Source: an uncultured Candidatus Peregrinibacteria bacterium | GTDB taxonomy: Bacteria > Patescibacteriota > Gracilibacteria > Peribacterales > Peribacteraceae | Assembly: GCA_903822115.1 (NCBI GenBank) | Contig: CAIJNU010000060.1 | Location: 1-32,042 of the forward strand | Length of the DNA stretch: 32,042 bases | Reading direction: 5' to 3' | Shown: in pieces, positions 16,371 to 23,967 of the stretch | How the letters are laid out: every line of letters begins with the position of its first letter | Position numbering within the stretch: the stretch's first letter is position 1 | Made by a program: the position numbers and the translations under genes | Notes under the pieces: model-generated | Seen by the model: only the letters and a program-made list of their open reading frames with translations | The model's database searches: none | What the model was told of the DNA's origin: nothing

Positions 16371-17425
16371 GAGGTCGGAAGCTGCGAGGGTGCATCATCA
16401 TCGACGACTTTCCAGCGCATTTCGGGTTTGAGTTTTCCCGGCAACGCGAATCCCGCAGCTTTGCGATGTCCTCCGCCGCTGAATTTGCCTGCCATGGCGG
16501 AGACGTCAACGTCATCGCGCAGTGTCCTCAGCGACCCTTTCACCTTGCCTTCGCGCTCGGAGAGGATGAGAGAAAAGCGCATACCGGGAACGGCATTCAC
16601 GTAGTCGATGGCGCCGGTCAGCGCGGAGTACTCGGCACCGGTAGCGCGGAAATCCCCCTCCGTAACGGCCGAAATCGCTCCTCCTTCCTCCGTCACCGTC
16701 ACCTTCTCCATGACTCTGCCCCACAGCCGAAGCGTCGAGAGCTCCGCCGTGCGGAATATGGCGGTCACGATGCTCTGGCGACGCGCTCCCGCTCGCAGGA
16801 GCTCGGCTACCGTGCGATACACGCGCGCCGTGGTATTGCTGTGGAGGAGGCCGCCAGTGTCCGTGTAGACCCCCGTGAGGAGGCAGGTGGCGACGTCCGC
16901 GGAGATCGTCCACTGCAGAAGCTCCGCCATGCGCACCACCACTTCACAACTGGAGCAGAGATCCGGTGCAACGAGATTGATGGTTCCGTAGTGAGGATTG
17001 CCGGGGTGATGATCGATATTGATTGTTCGAACGGAGCCGTCGAAGAGTTGAGGGTGCGAGCGATCGAGCTCCGTGAGCTTGGGCTCACCGCTGTCAAAGA
17101 AAATGATGATGTCATCCTTCTCCATCGCATTGTTGCCCGCCCCGGGAGGAGGCGGCACTTTCGTGACGCGCAGAGCCGCAGGCAGGAAGTGGAACTGGTC
17201 GGGAATGGCATCCACACAATGAAAAGTGACCTTCACAGACGGGAGGTAGGTCTCGAGGAGCAAACCACACCCCAGCATCGCTCCGATGGCATCCCCGTCG
17301 GGGTTGCGATGGCAGACACAGCGCACAGTGCGCGCATGCGAAAGGAGATCGAGAGCTGCGGCCGCATCTGCGTGAACGATCGGCATGGGCGTAATGGAAT
17401 ATTCTACCGCAACGAAATCAAACAC
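16364..17425 (-). CDS. nrnA: DHH/DHHA1 phosphoesterase (NrnA-like oligoribonuclease/pAp phosphatase)
   Basis: HRNPDGDAIGAMLG, IIFFDSG and NIDHHPGN (DHH motif), plus DHHA1 GGGHRKAAGF. It sits directly downstream of rbfA, an arrangement known from other bacteria. GTG start at 17425, with an alternative ATG at 17386. There is a 7-nt convergent overlap with virB4. Confidence 0.85.
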   Translation of the reverse strand: MFDFVAVEYSITPMPIVHADAAAALDLLSHARTVRCVCHRNPDGDAIGAMLGCGLLLETYLPSVKVTFHCVDAIPDQFHFLPAALRVTKVPPPPGAGNNAMEKDDIIIFFDSGEPKLTELDRSHPQLFDGSVRTINIDHHPGNPHYGTINLVAPDLCSSCEVVVRMAELLQWTISADVATCLLTGVYTDTGGLLHSNTTARVYRTVAELLRAGARRQSIVTAIFRTAELSTLRLWGRVMEKVTVTEEGGAISAVTEGDFRATGAEYSALTGAIDYVNAVPGMRFSLILSEREGKVKGSLRTLRDDVDVSAMAGKFSGGGHRKAAGFALPGKLKPEMRWKVVDDDAPSQLPTSH

Positions 17426-17478
17426 GGAACAAAAATGGACGCGAGTGTACGGGGCGTTTCACGCCAGGCGCAACGCAC

Positions 17479-17847
17479 TTAGTCTTGCGTCTCTTCCGAA
17501 GTATCTCCTGGATGTCTTTGCTCTTCCTCGCGCAGCAATTGATCGATGCGATCGCCTCTCATCGTCCGCTGATCGATGAGGAATCGAAGCTCGGGCACGC
17601 GACGAAGATTGAGTGAATGAAGTTGAGAGCGAAGTTCCTTCTTTCGCGCGGTCAGGAATGCCAACGCCGCCTGCGGATGGGAGAGAGCCGAGAGAAAAAT
17701 CGTCACGAGGGAATACTCGGGCGAAACCGTCACCTCGGTGATGGAAACGATGCCGCACTCCGGCGGACACTCACGAATGACGGGCGAGAGACGAGCACGG
17801 ATGACGGATGCGAGCATTGCCGGACGCCTCGATTGCGAACCTTCCAT
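17479..17847 (-). CDS. rbfA: ribosome-binding factor A
   Basis: Length of 122 aa. SRRPAMLASVIRARLSPVIRE...ITEVTVSPEYSLVTIFLS...LRRVPELRFLIDQ follows the RbfA pattern. Confidence 0.85.
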   Translation of the reverse strand: MEGSQSRRPAMLASVIRARLSPVIRECPPECGIVSITEVTVSPEYSLVTIFLSALSHPQAALAFLTARKKELRSQLHSLNLRRVPELRFLIDQRTMRGDRIDQLLREEEQRHPGDTSEETQD

Positions 17848-17870
17848 AGGAGACTGCTACACTACCACAA

Positions 17871-18752
17871 ATGACGTCCTCTCCGATCACCATTCTCTTC
17901 CTCGGAACATCGCCCTTCGCCGTTCCCGCGCTGGATGCCCTCGCCGGTGACTCTCGCTTCTCCGTGCTCGGTGTCGTCACGCAGCCCGACAAGCCGGTTG
18001 GGCGCAAGCAAGCCCTGACGCCGCCACCGGTGAAGGTACGAGCGGAGAGCCTCGGACTCAGAGTCACGCAACCGGAGAACCTCCGAAATGAATTCCCGCT
18101 TCTCTCCCTCCCCCGCCCCGACTTCCTCGTCACCGTGAGCTACGGCCAGATCCTCTCGCGGGAGGTTCTGGACTTCGCGAACGTTGCGCCGATCAACGTC
18201 CACGCCTCACTGCTGCCGCGGTGGCGCGGAGCCGCTCCGATCCAGAATGCCATCCTCGCTGGCGACAGTGAAACCGGCGTGACCATCCAGAGAATGGTGG
18301 AGGAACTCGACGCGGGGCCGATCTACGCCCATCAGAGCACGGAGATAGGAAAGCGAGAAACGACGACGTCCCTGCACGATCGACTGAAGGAAATCGGCGC
18401 CTCTCTCCTTGTGCGCACCCTCGTCGATCTCCCAGATCTGCGCCCGCAGGAAGGACCCATCGTCCTCTGCAAGAAACTCTCCAAACGCGACGGCGACGTT
18501 GACGTCAGTCTTCTCACGGCGGAGGAAATCGATCGTCGCGTCCGCGCACTGAACCCATGGCCGGGAGTCACGATCAACACGGAGGGCTCCCCCCTCAAAC
18601 TACTCGAGACTTCCCTCACTGCGGATACCGAAACCCATCCTCTGACGTGCAACGGAGAAATGCTCCTGCACCTGAGACGTGTTCTACCTGCCGGCGGTCG
18701 CCCGATGAGCGGCGCGGCATGGGCAAGAGGGAGGTTTCCCTCTCACGCTTAA
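17871..18752 (+). CDS. fmt: methionyl-tRNA formyltransferase
   Basis: ILFLGTSPFAVPALDAL...VVTQPDKPVGRKQ, NVHASLLPRWRGAAPIQNAILAGDSETGVTIQ and a C-terminal Formyl_trans_C-like region. TACACT (17858-17863) lies 7 nt upstream of the ATG. Confidence 0.95.
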   Translation: MTSSPITILFLGTSPFAVPALDALAGDSRFSVLGVVTQPDKPVGRKQALTPPPVKVRAESLGLRVTQPENLRNEFPLLSLPRPDFLVTVSYGQILSREVLDFANVAPINVHASLLPRWRGAAPIQNAILAGDSETGVTIQRMVEELDAGPIYAHQSTEIGKRETTTSLHDRLKEIGASLLVRTLVDLPDLRPQEGPIVLCKKLSKRDGDVDVSLLTAEEIDRRVRALNPWPGVTINTEGSPLKLLETSLTADTETHPLTCNGEMLLHLRRVLPAGGRPMSGAAWARGRFPSHA

Positions 18753-19033
18753 AGCTTCGTCTTCATCTCCTGAAACGCCTCGATGAATTTATCGAGGTCC
18801 TCGACGTCGAACATGATCGTCGTCTTCTGGCCGCCCCTCGATTTTTCCGAAACCTTGAAGAACTTGCCGTTCCCCGACTCCTTCAAATCGATGTAGAACG
18901 TGCGCTGGCGAGCGTGGATCGTGACGGAATGAAGGTCCTGTGCGAACCTTCCGCCTCCCTGATTCGCAGGCTTGGGTAAGGTGCCGCCGAGCGCATCGCC
19001 GTCTTGGGACTGGGCTCCCGTGAGCTCCGACAT
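18749..19033 (-). CDS. PUR-alpha-like nucleic-acid-binding protein (bacterial DUF3276-type)
   Basis: RFAQDLHSVTIHARQRTFYIDLKESGNGKFFKVSEKSRGGQKTTIMFDVEDLDKFIEAFQEM looks like a PUR repeat. The track ORF runs to 19153. I prefer the ATG at 19033 because TATGTT (19041-19046, minus) lies 7 nt upstream. Its stop overlaps the fmt stop (TTAA at 18749-18752). Confidence 0.6.
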   Translation of the reverse strand: MSELTGAQSQDGDALGGTLPKPANQGGGRFAQDLHSVTIHARQRTFYIDLKESGNGKFFKVSEKSRGGQKTTIMFDVEDLDKFIEAFQEMKTKL

Positions 19034-19153
19034 TGGGTCAAACATAAGAAGAGGGAAAATGATGAATCGCTGCTCCCTTCTCCACTCCCTGCGCGAACGC
19101 CAAGGCCGATTGGGAAGCGACCGCATCCTAGCAAAGCGAGTCGCGGGAGACAA

Positions 19154-20692
19154 CTATTTGACGAGAGGCGCAAAGAGGATGTTCGGCTCACCGACCTTCG
19201 TCCAGTTCTCTTCGCCACCCCACTCCTTCATCCGCTCCGTGATGACGAAATCCTTTTCCAACATCATCGCGGCACAGGGAAGATTGAGCTGCCGCGCCAT
19301 CTCCTGCGCCGTATGCGGGACGAAGGGAAGGAGCATGAGCGTGATGTGACGAAGAAGTTCTGCGAGAGCGCTCAACTCTTTCTTTTTTTCCTCACCTTTC
19401 AATGTCCAGAGCTTGTGCACATCGATGTAGATGTTTCCGCTGAGGCAAAGATTGAACACAGCTTGAATGGCATTCTGCAATTCAAAAGAATCCATGCCTT
19501 TTCCGAAATCCTCCCAACGCTGCTTCGCTTCCGCGCGAAGCGCATGCTGTTCAATGATCAACGATCCATCTCCATCTTTTCGCAGTAGCACCAAGATGCG
19601 ATTCAATAAATTCCCCAACTGATTCCGCAATTTTGCATCGTAAATTTCATCGATCCTCTTCCAAGAAAAATCGCCATCGTTGCCAACGGGAATCTCGTGG
19701 CTGAGGTAGAGACGCAGCGGATCGGGATTGCCGCCGAAGTGGCTCAAAACCTCTTCGGGTTGGACAATATTGCCGACCGTCTTGCTCATCTTCTGCCCCT
19801 CGCTCGTGAGGAACCCGTGGATGAGGAGACGCTGCGGCGGCGGGACCTGCAATCCCGCATTCTTCAACATCGCGGGCCAGATCAATGCGTGAAACCTCGC
19901 GATGTCCTTGCCGATCACGTGCGTCACCTCCGCCCCCTCCCACCACTGTGACTCCTGCATCGGTGTGAGGTAGCCGAGTCCCGAGATGTAATTCGAAAGG
20001 GCATCGCACCAGACATACATCGTCTGTTCATCGTCGTCGGGAACGGGAATGCCCCAACTGAGGCTCGACTTCGGTCGGGAGAAAGAGACATCCTCCAGAC
20101 CCTGCTCGATAAGCGACAACGTCTCGGGGGCGCGATGATCCGGAACAATGCGATAACCATCCGGCTCCGTCAGAAGCTTCTTCAGCCATTCCCCTTCCCG
20201 GCCAAGCAGGAAGAACCAATTGGATTCCGTCACCTCTTCGGGCTTCGCCTGATGAATGGGGCAGACGCCGTCCTGCAGATCGCGCGCCGTCAGGAAGCGC
20301 TCGCATCCCTGACAGTAGAGTCCCGTGTAGGATTGCTTTTCAAGAGCGCCGCTCTCCGCGAGCTTCTTCCAGAGCGCCTGCACCGTAGGCCAGTGACGAG
20401 TACGATCGGTGGTGCGAATGAAGAAGTCGGAAGAGATGTGAAGACGACGGTAGAGATCCTCGTAGAGCGCGGCGAAGCGATCGACGAATTGTTGAGGATC
20501 GACTTCCGCTTTCGCGGCCGCACGCTGCACCTTCACGCCGTGCTCGTCCATGCCGATCTGAAAGCGCACCTCATGACCGCTCAGGCGCATCCAGCGCGCG
20601 CAAACATCCGCCAGAATCTTCTCCATCACGTGCCCCATGTGCGGAGCAGCGCTGGCGTAGTCGATAGCGGTGGTGATGTAACGGCGAGACAT
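19154..20692 (-). CDS. metG: methionine--tRNA ligase (short form, no C-terminal tRNA-binding appendage)
   Basis: ITTAIDYASAAPHMGHVMEKILADV (HIGH region), CQGCERFL...CPIHQ (zinc knuckle), KMSKTVGN (KMSKS) and an anticodon-binding helical C-terminus. TACAAT (20699-20704, minus) lies 6 nt upstream of the ATG. Confidence 0.95.
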   Translation of the reverse strand: MSRRYITTAIDYASAAPHMGHVMEKILADVCARWMRLSGHEVRFQIGMDEHGVKVQRAAAKAEVDPQQFVDRFAALYEDLYRRLHISSDFFIRTTDRTRHWPTVQALWKKLAESGALEKQSYTGLYCQGCERFLTARDLQDGVCPIHQAKPEEVTESNWFFLLGREGEWLKKLLTEPDGYRIVPDHRAPETLSLIEQGLEDVSFSRPKSSLSWGIPVPDDDEQTMYVWCDALSNYISGLGYLTPMQESQWWEGAEVTHVIGKDIARFHALIWPAMLKNAGLQVPPPQRLLIHGFLTSEGQKMSKTVGNIVQPEEVLSHFGGNPDPLRLYLSHEIPVGNDGDFSWKRIDEIYDAKLRNQLGNLLNRILVLLRKDGDGSLIIEQHALRAEAKQRWEDFGKGMDSFELQNAIQAVFNLCLSGNIYIDVHKLWTLKGEEKKKELSALAELLRHITLMLLPFVPHTAQEMARQLNLPCAAMMLEKDFVITERMKEWGGEENWTKVGEPNILFAPLVK

Positions 20693-20785
20693 AGGCGGAT
20701 TGTACGCGATTGTTTCGAGAAAATCTGGTTCAAATAAATCATCCTCGGACTCTTCGGACTCCTCGGTTTCTTTGGAATCCTCGCG

Positions 20786-21175
20786 TCAAGCCCCTCCTCC
20801 CGCCGCAGCCGTGAGCAGTGTCACGGCATAGACGATGACGGCATCCGCGACCATCGCAGCAATGAGGCCGATGACGACGTTCGTCGCGATCTTCTTGGCT
20901 TCGTTGAACCCCTCCTCGTTTCCGCCGCCCGACATCATCTTCACGCCGGCGTAGATCAACATCGCCACTCCCACTCCCGCGATGAGACCGAGGATCGTCG
21001 TGTTGATTTTGCCAAAGAGCGTATCGGGCAGATTCGCGCCCTCGGAGCTCATCGGAAAAACATCTTTGATCTGGGACCACATGTCCGAGATGCCCGGCCC
21101 GCTCCCGATCTGATCCAGCGTCACAGCGGAAGCCTTGGGAATGAACAAGCCGAGAATGGTGAGAAAAAAATTCAT
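20786..21175 (-). CDS. VirB2/TrbC-like T4SS pilin-type small membrane protein
   Basis: Signal peptide MNFFLTILGLFIPKASA, then two hydrophobic helices joined by a short polar loop (LIAGVGVAMLIYAGVKMMSGGGNEEGFNEAKKIATNVVIGLIAAMV). The M-x-SGG loop motif is shared with the neighbouring paralogues. Only 4 nt separate it from the upstream gene. Confidence 0.55.
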   Translation of the reverse strand: MNFFLTILGLFIPKASAVTLDQIGSGPGISDMWSQIKDVFPMSSEGANLPDTLFGKINTTILGLIAGVGVAMLIYAGVKMMSGGGNEEGFNEAKKIATNVVIGLIAAMVADAVIVYAVTLLTAAAGGGA

Positions 21176-21179
21176 GGTA

Positions 21180-21773
21180 TTACCAGGAAATCGTACGGTT
21201 CACGAACGCTTCGACGATTGCGCGCGCGGCATTCACAATGATAGCGCCGATGAACGCCCAGAGAATCGTCGTACCGCCTTTGTGGAATGCATCTTGCTTC
21301 CCTTGTGAAATCGCCATACGGAATCCCGCGATGATGACGACGACTGCCACCGCCACGTTGAAGAGAGCAAGCGCAATCCGCACGAACGCCGGAAGGAAAG
21401 ATGAGAAGACGAAGTCCCCGCCACCACCGCCCTGTCCAAAGTTCTCCGTGACGACGAACGAAACGAGCGAACTCGCGCTCAGTGCAAGAGCGAGTCCTCC
21501 GAGTCCGAACGTAATGCTCTTGCGGCCGTTGCCCGCTTTCGCATCATCGCCGTTACTGAACACCATCAGGAACCCTCCCCAGATGATTGCGAGGATCGCT
21601 CCCGCCGCCGCCGCTTCGAGGAGGAGACTGGAAATGGCGGGAACCACACTGGTCGCAAGCACGTTGGCCGGAGGCGAGTCGCAACCGGGAATGCCCTTGC
21701 AACGCACGATCGGCGGTTCCGCGGCAAATGCCTGGAAAGAGGAAGCGACGATGGAGAAGAGACGCACGATCAT
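21180..21773 (-). CDS. tandem (fused double) VirB2/TrbC-like pilin-type membrane protein
   Basis: Signal peptide MIVRLFSIVASSFQAFAA and a Cys pair CKGIPGC. Two helix-loop-helix units (AILAIIWGGFLMVFSNGDDAKAGNGRKSITFGLGGLALAL and VAVVVIIAGFRMAISQGKQDAFHKGGTTILWAFIGAIIV) are joined by a GQGGGGG linker. The start at 21773 overlaps the upstream stop (ATGA). The track ORF extends to 21848. Confidence 0.5.
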   Translation of the reverse strand: MIVRLFSIVASSFQAFAAEPPIVRCKGIPGCDSPPANVLATSVVPAISSLLLEAAAAGAILAIIWGGFLMVFSNGDDAKAGNGRKSITFGLGGLALALSASSLVSFVVTENFGQGGGGGDFVFSSFLPAFVRIALALFNVAVAVVVIIAGFRMAISQGKQDAFHKGGTTILWAFIGAIIVNAARAIVEAFVNRTISW

Positions 21774-22153
21774 CCGACTTTGAAGAAAGAAGCATTGATC
21801 GTATGCAATATCACTCCGACGAGGAGCAGAAGGAGAAGCCCCAGACATGCCGCTTGCACCTGCTTGATGGATGCGCTGCGCTTACTCTGATCGCCCCCCG
21901 ACATGATCACACCGGTCATGCCCCACAGCCCCCACACGACGGCGATGCCCGCCGCGACTCCCTCCGCCCACGGCAGAAGTTCATTGATATACGAGAGGAA
22001 GACGTCGAACGGTTTGCCCGTCGTAGGAATGGAGGTGAGCCCGCCGATGGGCTGGAGCAACTGGATATCGGCACTCGCGATGAGCGGCCACAGGAAGACG
22101 AGGAGGCCGCTTGCGAGCGTCAGAAGCCGGGCGTTTCTACGCTTCAGAGTCAT
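21770..22153 (-). CDS. VirB2/TrbC-like T4SS pilin-type small membrane protein
   Basis: MTLKRRNARLLTLASGLLVFLWPLIASA signal peptide, then AAGIAVVWGLWGMTGVIMSGGDQSKRSASIKQVQAACLGLLLLLLVGVIL. The track ORF extends to 22246. ATG 22153 has TGGTATACT (an extended -10) 6 nt upstream. Confidence 0.55.
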   Translation of the reverse strand: MTLKRRNARLLTLASGLLVFLWPLIASADIQLLQPIGGLTSIPTTGKPFDVFLSYINELLPWAEGVAAGIAVVWGLWGMTGVIMSGGDQSKRSASIKQVQAACLGLLLLLLVGVILHTINASFFKVG

Positions 22154-22159
22154 CACACT

Positions 22160-22168
22160 AGTATACCA
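22160..22168 (-). promoter_or_regulatory. extended -10 promoter element for a leaderless pilin operon
   Basis: The minus strand reads TGGTATACT-AGTGTG-ATG. TATACT corresponds to plus 22160-22165 and the upstream TGG to 22166-22168. Confidence 0.45.
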
Positions 22169-22231
22169 AATTTTTGGCTTCTCTTCCAGCCCTTCCGAGC
22201 CTCCAAACACCGCTTGAAACAGCGATAAGGC

Positions 22232-22260
22232 TTGCGTCCGAGCCACTTCCTTCGTAGCAT
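22232..22260 (+). promoter_or_regulatory. candidate promoter for tRNA-Gly(GCC)
   Basis: TTGCGT (22232-22237), a 17-nt spacer, TAGCAT (22255-22260). The tRNA 5' end lies 14 nt downstream. Confidence 0.35.
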
Positions 22261-22273
22261 TGGCGGGCTCTCT

Positions 22274-22351
22274 GCGGATGTAGCTCAGTTGGCTTAGAGC
22301 GTCGCCTTGCCAAGGCGAAGGTCGCGGGTTCGAGCCCCGTCATCCGCTCCA
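22274..22351 (+). tRNA. tRNA-Gly(GCC): tRNA-Gly, anticodon GCC, CCA encoded
   Basis: Manual cloverleaf: acceptor GCGGATG/CATCCGC, D-arm GCTC/GAGC, anticodon arm TCGCC-TTGCCAA-GGCGA, T-arm GCGGG-TTCGAGC-CCCGT, discriminator T, then CCA. Confidence 0.9.
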
Positions 22352-22352
22352 T

Positions 22353-22388
22353 CCGGCTTCGCTTCGATTGAGATCGAAGCTTCGCCGG
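22353..22388 (+). other. stem-loop immediately 3' of tRNA-Gly(GCC)
   Basis: CCGGC-TTC-GCTTCGAT-TGAG-ATCGAAGC-TTC-GCCGG: 5 + 8 bp with a 3x3 internal loop and no T-tract. CCGGCTTCG (22353-22361) is also complementary to CGAAGCCGG (22469-22477), just before the GIY-YIG gene. Confidence 0.4.
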
Positions 22389-22490
22389 GATTGTTATGAG
22401 AATGAGCCATTTCAAGACAGGATGCAGGATGCCACGGCGTAGTCCCGGCGTAACGGAGTGCAGCCGGACGAAGCCGGGCAGAATGATTCA

Positions 22491-22730
22491 ATGTACTTTG
22501 TCTATCTTCTTCAGTCCGCGCGTATTCCCGAGCGAAAGTACGTCGGTATCAGCGATGACCCACTTCGCCGACTTGCAGAGCATAATAAAGGTCACAGCAC
22601 TCATACGAATAGATTCAAGCCATGGAACCTCATGACCTATGTGGCATTCGATAACCTATCAAAAGCACAATCTTTTGAACGCTATCTTAAATCCCATTCC
22701 GGTCGAGCATTTGCAAAAAGACATTTATGA
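22491..22730 (+). CDS. small GIY-YIG nuclease-domain protein
   Basis: MYFVYLLQSARIPERKYVGISDDPLRRLAEHNKG...SHSGRAFAKRHL is a GIY-YIG core (Y-x-Y...YVG...R...H N) of 79 aa. The track ORF starts at 22458. ATG 22491 has CAGAAT (22479-22484) 6 nt upstream. Confidence 0.75.
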   Translation: MYFVYLLQSARIPERKYVGISDDPLRRLAEHNKGHSTHTNRFKPWNLMTYVAFDNLSKAQSFERYLKSHSGRAFAKRHL

Positions 22731-22795
22731 CCTACGGTTTCTTCTCGCGCTCTCTCTTCTTCTTTGCGAAAGAAAAGACTGTACACTCCCACCGT

Positions 22796-23629
22796 ATGCT
22801 CGATACGAAATTAGCACTGAGTACGGCGATGGACGCTGCGAAGAAAGCCGGTGATTTCCTCGTTTCCCGATACAACGATATCCATGTTCGCGGAGAAGCG
22901 ATTGCCATTCGAGAAAAAGGATCGGCACTGGATCTCGTCACGGACATAGACCGCGACTCCCAACGCATGATCGTCGAGACCATCCACCAAGTCTTCCCCG
23001 ATCATCGCTTCCTCGGAGAGGAGGGAGAAACAGATGCGATCGGCTCCCCCGCTTCGCCCTACACCTGGATCATCGATCCGCTGGATGGCACGACCTGTTT
23101 CCTCCACGGACGAACGAACTTCGGCACCATCATCGCCCTGCAGGAGAACGACGTGATACAGCTCGGTGTGATCTCTATCCCCCTCAAAAATCAGCTCTTC
23201 CACGGAACACGCGGGGGTGGCGCATTCTGCAACGGTCAACCGCTGAAATTGCGCAATACTCGAGACATGGCCGATGCCATCCTGTGCTCGAATACTATCC
23301 GACGCGCGGAGAAATGCGTCCGTGGTGAGCTGCATGTCTCGATTCCATTCTGTGCGTCGTTGGAAAACTACGGAAGCGCAGTTGAGGAATTCGGAGAAAT
23401 ACTTCTCGGACACAATGATGGCGGCTTCTTCCGCGGCCCCCGCCTGTGGGACATTGCGGCGGGATGCTTCCTGATCGAGGAGCTCGGAGGAAAAGCAAAG
23501 TACACGTTTGAGGAACCGGGGAATCCGAGAGGAGGACTTCTCGTCGCCGCTTCCACAGCCCCTATCTTCGACGAGCTCTCCCACTTCGTCTTCACGACAC
23601 TCGCGAAATCTCCGACGCCTGAGAAATGA
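22796..23629 (+). CDS. inositol monophosphatase family protein
   Basis: FLGEEG, WIIDPLDGTTCFLHG and WDIAAG motifs. The track ORF starts at 22727, overlapping the GIY-YIG stop in ATGA. I prefer the ATG at 22796 (MLDTKLALSTAMDAAKKAG) with TACACT (22782-22787) 8 nt upstream. Confidence 0.85.
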   Translation: MLDTKLALSTAMDAAKKAGDFLVSRYNDIHVRGEAIAIREKGSALDLVTDIDRDSQRMIVETIHQVFPDHRFLGEEGETDAIGSPASPYTWIIDPLDGTTCFLHGRTNFGTIIALQENDVIQLGVISIPLKNQLFHGTRGGGAFCNGQPLKLRNTRDMADAILCSNTIRRAEKCVRGELHVSIPFCASLENYGSAVEEFGEILLGHNDGGFFRGPRLWDIAAGCFLIEELGGKAKYTFEEPGNPRGGLLVAASTAPIFDELSHFVFTTLAKSPTPEK

Positions 23630-23640
23630 TTCTATAGACC

Positions 23641-23661
23641 GATGCGAAACTGATTCGCATC
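23641..23661 (+). other. hairpin after the IMPase gene (terminator-like, no T-tract)
   Basis: GATGCGAA-ACTGA-TTCGCATC: an 8-bp perfect stem, 12 nt after the stop at 23627-23629. Confidence 0.35.
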
Positions 23662-23708
23662 CTCTATACTTCAAATCGTCAAAACGATCTTTTGAAAAAT
23701 ATCACGAA

Positions 23709-23802
23709 GCGTTGGGTGGCTCCGACGGGACCCAACGCTGAGTGATCACCATTGAGGGAAAGGATGGTCCTTGGAAGGAAAACCGTAGGTTTGCCTTCCA
23801 AG
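23709..23802 (+). other. structured leader upstream of tRNA-Gly(CCC): two strong hairpins
   Basis: Hairpin 1 is GCGTTGGGT (23709-23717) pairing with ACCCAACGC (23730-23738), 9 bp. Hairpin 2 is CTTGGAAGG-A-AAACC-GTA-GGTTT-G-CCTTCCAAG (23770-23802), 9 + 5 bp. It ends 8 nt before the tRNA. Confidence 0.4.
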
Positions 23803-23810
23803 AAATCCTT

Positions 23811-23884
23811 GCGGGATTAGTACAGTGGTAGTACGCGAGCTTCCCAAGCTTGAGACGCGAGTTCGATTCTCGTATCCCGCTCCA
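23811..23884 (+). tRNA. tRNA-Gly(CCC): tRNA-Gly, anticodon CCC, CCA encoded
   Basis: Manual cloverleaf: acceptor GCGGGAT/ATCCCGC, D-arm GTAC/GTAC, anticodon arm CGAGC-TTCCCAA-GCTTG, T-arm GCGAG-TTCGATT-CTCGT, discriminator T, then CCA. Confidence 0.9.
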
Positions 23885-23967
23885 TCGTTTTCTTCACAAA
23901 CGCTGTCGCTGCATACATGGCAATTTACCCCTGCAAAGAATTGCTATTTTGCCATAGGGCGAGGAGC

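Noticed and set aside
16367-17482. 371-aa plus-strand ORF, longer than the minus-strand gene it overlaps.
   Set aside because: The minus-strand frame carries the full DHH/DHHA1 motif set. The plus frame is Arg-rich with no motifs, so length alone is misleading here.
20743-20769. Three tandem 9-nt units (CCTCGGACT / CTTCGGACT / CCTCGGTTT) between the last pilin gene and metG.
   Set aside because: The repeat is real but tiny and degenerate. It has no obvious structure or coding role and is most simply slippage in a spacer.
20693-20785. T-box or other leader riboswitch upstream of metG. I also checked upstream of argS at 13002-13100.
   Set aside because: The -10 box of metG lies 6 nt from its ATG, so there is no leader. 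I saw no T-box consensus (AGGGUGGNACCGCG-like) on either strand of either spacer.
22811-23674. 287-aa antisense ORF over the inositol-monophosphatase-family gene.
   Set aside because: The plus frame has all three IMPase motifs. The antisense frame is a typical shadow ORF.
8358-23884. The idea that the two tRNA-Gly genes are dedicated cell-wall tRNAs feeding the FemAB enzyme, as for staphylococcal non-proteinogenic tRNA-Gly.
   Set aside because: They lie 13 kb from femAB. They have ordinary cloverleaves and distinct anticodons (GCC and CCC) that decoding requires. Nothing in the sequence links them to femAB.
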